Below, piece after piece: positions 39,245-48,001 of a DNA stretch of 64,000 nucleotides (within the stretch, counting starts at the first letter, position 1; each line of letters begins with the position of its first letter). A program made the position numbers and the translations under genes. The stretch lies in sequence record OU343168.1; one strand, given 5' to 3'. The notes below the pieces were generated by a model. It saw only the letters and a list, made by a program, of their open reading frames with translations. It was not told where the DNA came from and did no database searches.

Positions 39245-40681
39245 ATGCACGAAACCAATGAACTGAACAAACTGTACGAAGCGATGTGTTTGTCGTGGGG
39301 GGCGCAGGTTAAGGAACAGGGGCGACTCGTCTTCATGATCGATGGGGAAGAATTCCCACTCCGTATTGATGGGATGACCCTCCACCTGCCGCTGAGCGAA
39401 GTCCTGGATGGGAACTGCGTGGATAAGGTCTTCTTCCACCCGGCCTGTGAAAACATCGTGTCGAAAGAAACGGAAGTGTTCAAGATCATCCGGCGGATGA
39501 CCTGTATGAAACTGCTGGATACCTTCCGTCGTATTCCGATGGTGTTGTTCACCGTCGCCGGCCATAAGCCCAAGAGTACCTGGAACCAACGTATCCACGA
39601 CATGCTGGAACCCCTTAAAGGTGCCAAGCGTGCGGTACGGGATGAACTCAATGCGTTGTTCAGCCGTATGCATGTGGAAGTGGAAGAGAATGGGTTGGAT
39701 AACCGTTTCATTCACTTCAAGGTATCTAAGGGCGGTGGTACCAGTAAGACCACGGGTCAACGGATCTATTACAAGACCCGTCCGGAGTTTCCGTTCTATA
39801 CGGAAATCGTTCGTCGTCTGGCACGTTCGGATGGTCAATCGGATAACCAGACCATTGAAATCAATAACCACACGGTCTCCCGAGCAGCACTTCGTCTGGC
39901 CGCCCATATCTTCCAGAACGTCCTCCCGGCGGTGAACAGTCCCAGTGACTATGAGTTTGAATCGACTTCCCCGGTGGCGTCTCGTCTAGTGTCCTACATG
40001 GGGTGCTATGCGGAAATCGCAGATCAATTGAATAAGATCCAGAATACCTTCCGATCTGATTTCGATAAAGTCGGGTTGTACCCGATTGATCTGAGCTGGA
40101 CGGAACGCCTGGAAGAACTGCCAGATATCTATCGTCAAGTCCCGGTACTGGATTACAACAGCCACAACACCCATGATGAAGTCCAGCATCAAGCAGTGAG
40201 TCGGAATGACATGGGTGGTCTGCTGTCGGTTACCAGTACCAACCAACAGGGTGTTTCTCAACATCAATCTCAACAGCAGCACGTTGCCGGAATGAACGGG
40301 GACTATGACGTATCACCTCCGCAGATGCAAGCGGGTGACCGGTATGTCCGTACGGAGATCGATTACGTCGGTCAACGCGTTCTCCACCATGCGGTTAACC
40401 AAACCACCAATAACCCGGTCGTCTACATCTGTAGTCGTAAAGGGAACTTCCTGCAACGCTCTGAAACCAACATGATGCTTCAGCAAATGGGTATGTTGGG
40501 TGGGATGGGTGGTATGATGGGTGGAACGATGCTGGCCAACGGGATGGTTCAACTGCCGAACGGCATGATCGTGAATCCGCAGATGATGGGGGGTGTTTCG
40601 ATGCCTACACCTACCGCCGCGCCGAGTGTATATCCGGATGCTGGTATGGGGTTTGACCTGGGAGCCCCAGGTATCTTCTAA
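39245..40681 (+). CDS. conserved core protein (phiKZ gp70-like by position) with Gln/Met/Gly-rich tail
   Basis: GAGGA RBS; low-complexity C-terminus. Confidence 0.6.
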   Translation: MHETNELNKLYEAMCLSWGAQVKEQGRLVFMIDGEEFPLRIDGMTLHLPLSEVLDGNCVDKVFFHPACENIVSKETEVFKIIRRMTCMKLLDTFRRIPMVLFTVAGHKPKSTWNQRIHDMLEPLKGAKRAVRDELNALFSRMHVEVEENGLDNRFIHFKVSKGGGTSKTTGQRIYYKTRPEFPFYTEIVRRLARSDGQSDNQTIEINNHTVSRAALRLAAHIFQNVLPAVNSPSDYEFESTSPVASRLVSYMGCYAEIADQLNKIQNTFRSDFDKVGLYPIDLSWTERLEELPDIYRQVPVLDYNSHNTHDEVQHQAVSRNDMGGLLSVTSTNQQGVSQHQSQQQHVAGMNGDYDVSPPQMQAGDRYVRTEIDYVGQRVLHHAVNQTTNNPVVYICSRKGNFLQRSETNMMLQQMGMLGGMGGMMGGTMLANGMVQLPNGMIVNPQMMGGVSMPTPTAAPSVYPDAGMGFDLGAPGIF

Positions 40682-40697
40682 GCAACCATAACCTTAC

Positions 40698-40729
40698 CAG
40701 TACCTAGCGGGATATCCCGCTAGGTACTG
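40698..40729. terminator. bidirectional terminator
   Basis: 15-bp perfect inverted repeat CAGTACCTAGCGGGA / TCCCGCTAGGTACTG. Confidence 0.8.
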
Positions 40730-40756
40730 TATTTTCTCTATTTTATTCCAGTATTT

Positions 40757-41086
40757 TTACGCTTGGGTCGTATTACTACGTGCAACGGCCTGGGTCAAAT
40801 GGGCCTCGTCAATTATCTTGTAACTTTGCATGCCCGCACAATCCATAAAGGGATCTTCAATCCCATTCAGATAGGCGGTGACCCACAGCATATGGTTTTC
40901 AACCCCTTGAACCCTCAGGAATCGATAGAAGTCATACCGATAAGCGTACAGTTGTGCGTGAGAGACGATTGGAATCTCCTGGGTTTGACGGAGGAGTATT
41001 TCCCGTTCGGACCGCACCAAGACTTTGAACCGTTCAGTAAAGAAGAAATCACGTCCTTCACTGAAGTTAACAATAGACAGTGGCAT
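40757..41086 (-). CDS. LysM-like baseplate protein (T4 gp53 / P2 gpX-like)
   Basis: YRYDFY...LWVTAYLNGIEDPF resembles the gp53/gpX pattern. Confidence 0.5.
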   Translation of the reverse strand: MPLSIVNFSEGRDFFFTERFKVLVRSEREILLRQTQEIPIVSHAQLYAYRYDFYRFLRVQGVENHMLWVTAYLNGIEDPFMDCAGMQSYKIIDEAHLTQAVARSNTTQA

Positions 41087-41115
41087 GGAGAAGATCCTTA
41101 TCGATGCAGCTAACC

Positions 41116-41134
41116 ATTTTTGAACCTATATTAT
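41116..41134 (+). promoter_or_regulatory. early-type promoter motif upstream of tnpB
   Basis: ATTTT-TGAACC-TATATTAT. Confidence 0.6.
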
Positions 41135-41164
41135 TTCTGTGACCCAACATAAGGAATTATCCCA

Positions 41165-42307
41165 ATGGAATACTTAACGACCCAACGAAGTCGATTGTAT
41201 CCCAACCTGGATACTCGTCTGGTATTAAACAAAACCATAGGGTGTTCACGTTTCATATGGAACGCTCTACTGGGTAATCATAAGGAAGAATACGGTCTTT
41301 GGGTAGAGGATCCAGAAACTCATCCTAAACCGAGTTGTTCTTTAAGTTCCTTTAATCAAAAGCTGAACGAACTTAAAGTTGAATACCCCTGGTTAAATGA
41401 GGTCAGTTCTGTTGCTTTACAACAAACAGTTCTTCATTTAACCAAGGCTTTTAGTGAGTTCTTCCAGGGTATTCATGGTTATCCAAAATTTAAATCTAAA
41501 CGAGATCCCGGTGGATTTAACCTCAGTAGTGCAGCGGGAACTTTAGCCAAGGACGGCAAGATTCGAATCCCCAAGATAAAGGGATACACCACCTGTCGAC
41601 CTAAGCTCCCGTTGGATCAGGAAATTAGGAACTACAGCATTGTCAAAGACCGGGTTGGGAATTACTTTGTCAATTGCTTAGTAACTAAACCTTGTCTACC
41701 GAATACGGCTAAAGGTCAAGGACTGGTGGGGGTTGATCTGGGGATTAAATCCTTAGCGGTGGCGAAGCGGTCTACAGGTGAAATCTTTACCTTGGAGAAT
41801 CCTCGAACCTACATGAAGTACCACCGTAGACGTGTACGACTTCAACGGCGATTAGCCAAGAAACAGAAAGGGAGTCAAAACCGTAATAAAGCTAGAATTA
41901 AACTGGCCAAACTAGAACGTAAGGTCGGCAATATTCGCAAGAACACCCTGGATACCTTCACCTCTAAACTGATTAGCGAAAACCAAGTAATCAGTATTGA
42001 GGATTTGAATGTTAAAGGGATGCTGAAAAACAGCCGGTTGGCTAAGCATATCCAAGACTGTGGATTTAGCACCCTCCGGAGGATGTTGGAACACAAGGCT
42101 AAACGGTATGAATCACCGGTTATTATTAGCCTGGTCCATCGATTTTACCCCAGCACCCAGTGTTGTTCAGCGTGTGGTATTAAACGTGAGATCAAACTGA
42201 CCCTTAATGACCGGGAATGGACCTGCGCTGAATGCGGGACCTCTCACGACAGAGACATCAATGCTGCAACGAATATCCTGTATGAAGGACTTCGGTTAGT
42301 GGTCTGA
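41165..42307 (+). CDS. tnpB: TnpB RNA-guided endonuclease, no TnpA
   Basis: N-terminal HTH (RLYPN...IGCSRFIWN); RuvC GVDLG, IEDL, DRDINAA all intact; CSACG/CAECG zinc ribbon. Confidence 0.95.
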   Translation: MEYLTTQRSRLYPNLDTRLVLNKTIGCSRFIWNALLGNHKEEYGLWVEDPETHPKPSCSLSSFNQKLNELKVEYPWLNEVSSVALQQTVLHLTKAFSEFFQGIHGYPKFKSKRDPGGFNLSSAAGTLAKDGKIRIPKIKGYTTCRPKLPLDQEIRNYSIVKDRVGNYFVNCLVTKPCLPNTAKGQGLVGVDLGIKSLAVAKRSTGEIFTLENPRTYMKYHRRRVRLQRRLAKKQKGSQNRNKARIKLAKLERKVGNIRKNTLDTFTSKLISENQVISIEDLNVKGMLKNSRLAKHIQDCGFSTLRRMLEHKAKRYESPVIISLVHRFYPSTQCCSACGIKREIKLTLNDREWTCAECGTSHDRDINAATNILYEGLRLVV

Positions 42308-42486
42308 TAGAAAATTTACTCTTTGGAGTAACTACCGAAGCCTACTCGGGATGTTAAGCCTGTGGAGCATCAGTGCGGTTAAGCTGAGCAATGAAGCAGG
42401 AAGTTTGAGGTTAAAACATTGGGATAAAGACAGTCTTAACTCATTATTGAAAAGACTGCTGTTGACTGTAATGGAGCCGTTATGAG
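42290..42486 (+). ncRNA. TnpB omega/reRNA scaffold plus predicted guide
   Basis: AAGCCTGTGGAG...TGAAGCAGGAA scaffold motif, CAGTCTT/AAGACTG hairpin, candidate right end GTTGAC at 42466; boundaries uncertain. Confidence 0.6.
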
Positions 42487-44788
42487 TAAAGAAAAATTGA
42501 ATCAGGACCTGAAAGGTGTAAGTAGTGAGATCCGTGCCGCATTGGGTGCAGAGGATCCGGTTCTTACCCCTGACAGTGCAGCGGGTCAATTCCTCCAGGA
42601 AGTTCGTTACAAGTATCCCTGCGGGGAGAATCAAATCCATCCTGCGTTAGTGGGCGTCAGTAGTAACCTGATTCTCTTCCCGCACGAAGCCTCCGCGGGT
42701 CGTCTCTATATGGCGGGTAACATGATCCCTAAATCCGTGCCGACCGAAGGGGCGGGGGAACGGATGATGGTAACCGGGTACGAATTTGAGGAGCATTACG
42801 GTGGAACGGCTCGTAAGGTCGAAGCCCCTGCGAATATGCTGGTGGAAGAGATCTTCTTCGTTCAGAGTCTGGTTCCGGGTAAGGATACGGATGACTGGAA
42901 TTCGATTTACGTGGTCTTTAAGAACGACGAACAGAACGCCTACGACCTTCTGGAGCTGCCTCGGTATAACACCCATAACCACTACGTTGGGTTCGAATAT
43001 AAATACGATAAAGAGAAACTCCGTAAGCTCCGTAAAGGCGCCACTTTCGCTAAAGGGACCGTCTTCGCTAAGAGTCCCCGTATCAGTGAGAATGGGGAAT
43101 GGTGTTTTGCAATGCCGACCTTGGTAGCCGCCTATTCGGACCAAAGGACTGAGGAGGATGGCGTGCTTATCACCCGTTCCTATGCGGAACGTTCGGCTTG
43201 TATGTTCAAGCACGAGTTCAGCTATGAATGGAATGAGGATGAATGGATTCCTCTGATGCTGTACGGAACGGACGAGAACCCCCAACCGCTCCCTGAGTCG
43301 GGTGATAACATCCGTGAGGATGGGATCGTCATGGGCTTCCGTCGCCGCATCAAAGAGAACGCGCTGGTTTCCCTGACCAAGAAGTCCCTACGAGAACCGG
43401 ATCTTGTGTACGACAAGTTGTTCTACGCACCTGTGGATGCGGTTGTGATGTCAGTCACTGTTCGGTCGGATCGGATGAAGAACCGGTCCAATAACCGGGG
43501 TACGGATTACATCGAACAACACCACAACGCCATGCTGGACCGCTATGAGAAACGCCAGAATGAAATGTGGAACAATGTGATCCGGTGGTACGAAGGGAAG
43601 ATCGCCGCCAACCGCGGGGAAGACATTCCCATTACCTTTAACCTCGATACCTTCATTCGGAACGCGTATGGCAACTATACCCGCAATGGCTTGGGTCGTA
43701 TTAACCCATTGGCCCGAGTGGAACGGTGGGATAAACTGAAAGATTGGAACGTGACCATCGAACTGAAGGAACGGGTCAAAGGTCGTGTTAAATTCAAGTA
43801 TGCGGGTTTGAACGGTGACAAAGGGGTGTGTGTGCGGGTCATTGAAGACGACGAAGCTCCCACCTATCCGGACGGGACTCGGGCGGAGTTCATTAAAGAT
43901 AACGTACCAGCGTTCCGTCGCCAGATCTTTTCGTTGCTCATGGAACTGAGTATCAACTATGTGAACATGAACGTTCAACGGGAAGTCAGACACCTACGGC
44001 TACAAGGGGATTATGAAGGCGCTTTCCAGGCGTTGATGACGTTCTATGAAACTGGTTTCCCTGAATTCAGTGAATTGGTTGCTCATGCGTTGGTTACGGA
44101 GGAGGAGAAACGTGAGCACGTCGACGATGTTTGTCGTCGGAAGATTTCCGTGCATGTGGTCAGTAACACGAAGTTGTATGGCGTGAACCTGATCAACGCC
44201 CTGCGTCGTCAATACCCGTATAAGCCGCAGAAAGCCATTATCGTGAACGCACTGGGGGAACGGGTGGAAACCGAGAACCCTATCCTTATCAGCTGTCAGG
44301 ACATTATGCTCCTGGATAAGTTTGGTACGGACATGAGCGCGCAGAGTATGCCGAAGGCTAACCTCTTTGGTATGCCAGCGAAGATGAACGAAGGCAGTAA
44401 ATACGCCACCCCCATGAAAGACAGTAATAACAAGAATACCGGTGAAACCGAAGGCCGGTTGCAAGTCAGTCACGCGGGCGGGCAGGAAATGATCAAGCAA
44501 CTGGCTCTGGCGTATTCCCCCGAGAACCAGAAGAAAGCCTCCCAACGGGTTATTCGTGCGGATGATCCGTTTGAGATTCCTCGGTTGATTAAACCGGAGG
44601 AGTATTTGGGGAATCGGGCGTTGAAAATGGCGGTGGGAATGTTGTCGGATTCGGGTTATCGACTACGAGCTGAACTACCCAGTGATCGTCGGGAATATCC
44701 AACCTTTAACATGGATGAAATCCCAGGGTTGGATGACGAGACCTTGAAGCAGCTTCAGTCATCCGAGAAACCCACTCAAGAACCTTAA
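42482..44788 (+). CDS. non-virion RNAP beta C-part (phiKZ gp71-73-like), uninterrupted
   Basis: EDGVLITRSYAER, KYAGLNGDKGV and ETEGRL motifs. Confidence 0.85.
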   Translation: MSKEKLNQDLKGVSSEIRAALGAEDPVLTPDSAAGQFLQEVRYKYPCGENQIHPALVGVSSNLILFPHEASAGRLYMAGNMIPKSVPTEGAGERMMVTGYEFEEHYGGTARKVEAPANMLVEEIFFVQSLVPGKDTDDWNSIYVVFKNDEQNAYDLLELPRYNTHNHYVGFEYKYDKEKLRKLRKGATFAKGTVFAKSPRISENGEWCFAMPTLVAAYSDQRTEEDGVLITRSYAERSACMFKHEFSYEWNEDEWIPLMLYGTDENPQPLPESGDNIREDGIVMGFRRRIKENALVSLTKKSLREPDLVYDKLFYAPVDAVVMSVTVRSDRMKNRSNNRGTDYIEQHHNAMLDRYEKRQNEMWNNVIRWYEGKIAANRGEDIPITFNLDTFIRNAYGNYTRNGLGRINPLARVERWDKLKDWNVTIELKERVKGRVKFKYAGLNGDKGVCVRVIEDDEAPTYPDGTRAEFIKDNVPAFRRQIFSLLMELSINYVNMNVQREVRHLRLQGDYEGAFQALMTFYETGFPEFSELVAHALVTEEEKREHVDDVCRRKISVHVVSNTKLYGVNLINALRRQYPYKPQKAIIVNALGERVETENPILISCQDIMLLDKFGTDMSAQSMPKANLFGMPAKMNEGSKYATPMKDSNNKNTGETEGRLQVSHAGGQEMIKQLALAYSPENQKKASQRVIRADDPFEIPRLIKPEEYLGNRALKMAVGMLSDSGYRLRAELPSDRREYPTFNMDEIPGLDDETLKQLQSSEKPTQEP

Positions 44789-44827
44789 CCCCATGATAGA
44801 CTCACGGTATGGAGAGGAATGTAACTC

Positions 44828-47800
44828 ATGGTAATGAAGATCAAACTCCGTGAATGGGCTAATTTACCAGAAGAAACTGTTCTCCGTTGGTTAAATACCC
44901 GCCGGTGGGTGGAGGTCACGGATGACCTGGACCAGGTCGCTTTAACGGATACCTACGCCCTGATCATTACCTGGCACGGAATGATCATCCACCGGCATTA
45001 TAACGATGTTCCCTATTCCATTAAGGAGATGGTGCCCAGTAACAAGGTGGAAGGGAGTGAAGACACCGTCTATAACGATGGAACCAACGCGACGCCTATT
45101 AACCAGTTCTTAAAGGTCATTCTTCCTACGATTATTGACCCGGTGGAGGTGGACGGGATTAAACGGCTTATTCATATCTGGCAGAATAAGCTAAATAACC
45201 TGCTGGTGGTGATGAGTGAACGTTACGTCATTTCAGCCACCGCTGAATCCGTAGCGGAGTTCATGGAAGATGAAGGGATCTCTGGAATACGGGACCGTGT
45301 CCTGAGCAAGGAGATTTCAATTGATGAGGGCGAGCGGGAGTTTGCGGATTATGTCCGAACCTCTCATTCCATTGCCAACAACACCCTCACCCTGCTGTCG
45401 CGTACGGGCGGGGTGGCCATTAACCAGGCATATCAGAAGACGATCATTCGGGGTAAGGTCTTTGACCTGAACAACTCGATCATGCCGAATGCGATTACGG
45501 TTCCGTATGCGCATGGGATTACCAACCTGGCTGATATGCTGGGTGAACGGAATGCAGCAGGTAAGAGCCAGACCCTATCTTCAAAGATAAAAATCCCTGG
45601 TGGATGGAAGACCATGGGTAACATCCGGGTGGGTGATGAAGTCGTTACACCCGATGGAGGTACCGCTAAGGTGCTGGCAGTTCACCCACAAGGTGTAACC
45701 AAGGTTGTACGGGTGCACTTCAAAGACGGTCGATATACTGACGTTAGTCCAGATCACCTGTGGAAGGTTAGACGTCATCATTGGTGCAACGATAAAGCCA
45801 TGGCTAAACTCACTCGGGAGGAAGTGGAAGAACGTGTATGGCGAGTCATCACCACCAATGAGTTGAAAGACTATATTGGTCTGTCAACTAAGGTATACGT
45901 CCAACTGATTGAACCTGAAAGAAATGCCGATAAACCCTTCAAAATTCACCCGTATGTGCTCGGTGTCTTGTTGGGGGATGGCGCTCTCTCTAACAGTGAC
46001 ACAAACATCACCAAACCTTATCAACAGCTATTCGATAAGGTCCAATCGCTATTGCCAGAACATTTGGAATGTGTTTGGCGACCCAACCGTAAAGGTGATG
46101 GAGAACCTAAAACGTTTGGGATCCGTTTTAAAGATCGTCGGTCCGAACAGCACATCAACTGGCATATCCGTGATGGCCTGAAGGAACTGGGCTTGTATGG
46201 AATGCGGTCGTGGGGAAAAGTCATTCCCGAAGAATATCTTCACGGATCGGCTAAACAACGTTTGGAGCTCCTCCAAGGACTGTTGGACACAGACGGAACT
46301 GTGGACAAACACAAATCGGTTAGCTTTAGCTCTTCGTCTAAGTTACTCTCCCTCGGAGTGCAATACTTGGTCAGAAGCCTAGGGGGGATGGCACGTCTCC
46401 AAGAACGTACTCCCCACTACACCCACAATGGAGAAAAAAGGGAAGGTCGTACGGACTATCGGGTTTATATCCGATACCCTCGACCAGAAGAACTCTTCAC
46501 CCTAGACCACAAACGGGAACGTGCGGTCTCGCACCAGCATACGGAAACTCTGAGACTGCAAGTAACTCATATTGAAGAACGTCCTGATGAGGAGACACAA
46601 TGCATTACGATCGATCATCCTGATCATCTGTACATTACAGACGACTTCATTGTCACCCACAACAGCCTAACCAATAACGGCAAGGCCCTGAAATCATCGG
46701 AATGGTTCCACCGGAAGGTACACATCCTGTCCGTTGTGGTAGCGGATATCGATCATTTCACGGACTGTGGAACGACCACTACAGTGCCGATCCGAATTCC
46801 CAATATGCAAGCGGCAATGGCACTGTTGGGTAAATTCAGGGTAACCGATACAGGAGAATTAGAACTCATTGATCAAACCACGGTGTGGTCAATTAAGCCA
46901 GGGGAGTGGGTTAATATTCGTAGTGTGGCCTTCTGTAATCACTACAATAGTGCTTCACCCTGCCGGGTATGCTACGGGATGATGGCGAGCTCTATCCCGT
47001 ATAACGTGATGATGAAGAAAGGGGCTGATGTCGGGATGTGGTGTACCACCTCGATCTGTAACCCCATCGGCCAGGGAATGCTCTCCACCAAGCATTTCAT
47101 TCGGAATGCAACGACCCGTAAGTTCGTTCCTGCGACTAAGGATAAGAACGTTATCTATTCCAATGGTGACGATATTTTCCTGACTAAGGAACTCTGTGCA
47201 CCGGGCACTGAATTGGTGCTCAAAGCCGATATTGTGAACATCCTCTCGGATATCCGTTCCTTGGATGTTCTGGACAACTTGAGCCTGGATAAACTCCCGT
47301 ACTTCTCTGAAGTCACATTCCGCTATGAAGTCGAAGACATCATGATGGGGGGTAAAACCCTCCAGCAGCATGCGGCCTGTACCTCGGTGTCGTCTCGGAA
47401 TGCCCGGTTCTCGTTGGAGTTCCTGAACTATCTCCTGAGTAAAGGTTGGGCGAACGAAGGTAAGAAACATATTACCGTTGATTTGAGTGAATGGAATACG
47501 CTCAGTCCTATCTTCACACTGCCGTATGTTCGTGAAGACTTGGACATGCACCGGGCTCGGGTAGAGAACTTCATCACGTTCAATAAACGCAATAACGCCT
47601 GGAGACAGCAGATCGTTACACCCCGTCTCTTTGGTGAGGTCTTAGCGGAATACTGGGGATTGATCAACCAGGAAACGAAAGGGATTAACATCATCCATCC
47701 TGAGGTCTTGCTCTATTCCACGTTGTGTCGGGATCCCATGCGCGGGGATTATTCCCTGGCGAATGGTAAAGGACCTAAGTATTTCGTGAACTTCCAGGAG

Positions 47801-47938
47801 TGTATCAAAGGCAGAGGGGCGGGTATGCTAATGATCTACGAGAACCAGCAAAATGTGCTGAGCGATCCTAAGACATTCCGTGTGGTAAACCGTCAGGGGA
47901 GTCCGCTGGAGTGCTTCTTTAGCTTAGCGGTGAGTTGA
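44828..47938 (+). CDS. non-virion RNAP beta' C-part (phiKZ gp74-like), intein-containing
   Basis: EWFHRK bridge-helix-like region, DCGT...C...C..CYG zinc site, LSTKH trigger-loop-like motif. Confidence 0.8.
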   Translation: MVMKIKLREWANLPEETVLRWLNTRRWVEVTDDLDQVALTDTYALIITWHGMIIHRHYNDVPYSIKEMVPSNKVEGSEDTVYNDGTNATPINQFLKVILPTIIDPVEVDGIKRLIHIWQNKLNNLLVVMSERYVISATAESVAEFMEDEGISGIRDRVLSKEISIDEGEREFADYVRTSHSIANNTLTLLSRTGGVAINQAYQKTIIRGKVFDLNNSIMPNAITVPYAHGITNLADMLGERNAAGKSQTLSSKIKIPGGWKTMGNIRVGDEVVTPDGGTAKVLAVHPQGVTKVVRVHFKDGRYTDVSPDHLWKVRRHHWCNDKAMAKLTREEVEERVWRVITTNELKDYIGLSTKVYVQLIEPERNADKPFKIHPYVLGVLLGDGALSNSDTNITKPYQQLFDKVQSLLPEHLECVWRPNRKGDGEPKTFGIRFKDRRSEQHINWHIRDGLKELGLYGMRSWGKVIPEEYLHGSAKQRLELLQGLLDTDGTVDKHKSVSFSSSSKLLSLGVQYLVRSLGGMARLQERTPHYTHNGEKREGRTDYRVYIRYPRPEELFTLDHKRERAVSHQHTETLRLQVTHIEERPDEETQCITIDHPDHLYITDDFIVTHNSLTNNGKALKSSEWFHRKVHILSVVVADIDHFTDCGTTTTVPIRIPNMQAAMALLGKFRVTDTGELELIDQTTVWSIKPGEWVNIRSVAFCNHYNSASPCRVCYGMMASSIPYNVMMKKGADVGMWCTTSICNPIGQGMLSTKHFIRNATTRKFVPATKDKNVIYSNGDDIFLTKELCAPGTELVLKADIVNILSDIRSLDVLDNLSLDKLPYFSEVTFRYEVEDIMMGGKTLQQHAACTSVSSRNARFSLEFLNYLLSKGWANEGKKHITVDLSEWNTLSPIFTLPYVREDLDMHRARVENFITFNKRNNAWRQQIVTPRLFGEVLAEYWGLINQETKGINIIHPEVLLYSTLCRDPMRGDYSLANGKGPKYFVNFQECIKGRGAGMLMIYENQQNVLSDPKTFRVVNRQGSPLECFFSLAVS
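45566..46663 (+). mobile_element. class 3-type intein (366 aa) with intact LAGLIDADG endonuclease
   Basis: starts Ser; HLW, QCI, IVTHN then Ser+1; LGVLLGDG and LQGLLDTDG intact. Confidence 0.92.
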
Positions 47939-47966
47939 GTGGGTGACCCCGTTCGTTAGTGTGGAC

Positions 47967-48000
47967 CTCTTAAGGGGGTCCTCGGAATCCCCCTTAAGAG
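47967..48000 (+). terminator. hairpin immediately before the helicase start
   Basis: CTCTTAAGGGGG / CCCCCTTAAGAG; no T tract; overlaps the presumed RBS. Confidence 0.45.
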
Positions 48001-48001
48001 G

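Noticed and set aside
41144-42466. IStron or complete IS200/IS605 element
   Set aside because: No group I core (P/Q/R/S) and no TnpA or left-end hairpin near tnpB
42482-44788. Intron in the nvRNAP beta gene as in phiKZ gp71-73
   Set aside because: Reading frame is continuous, with no insertion visible
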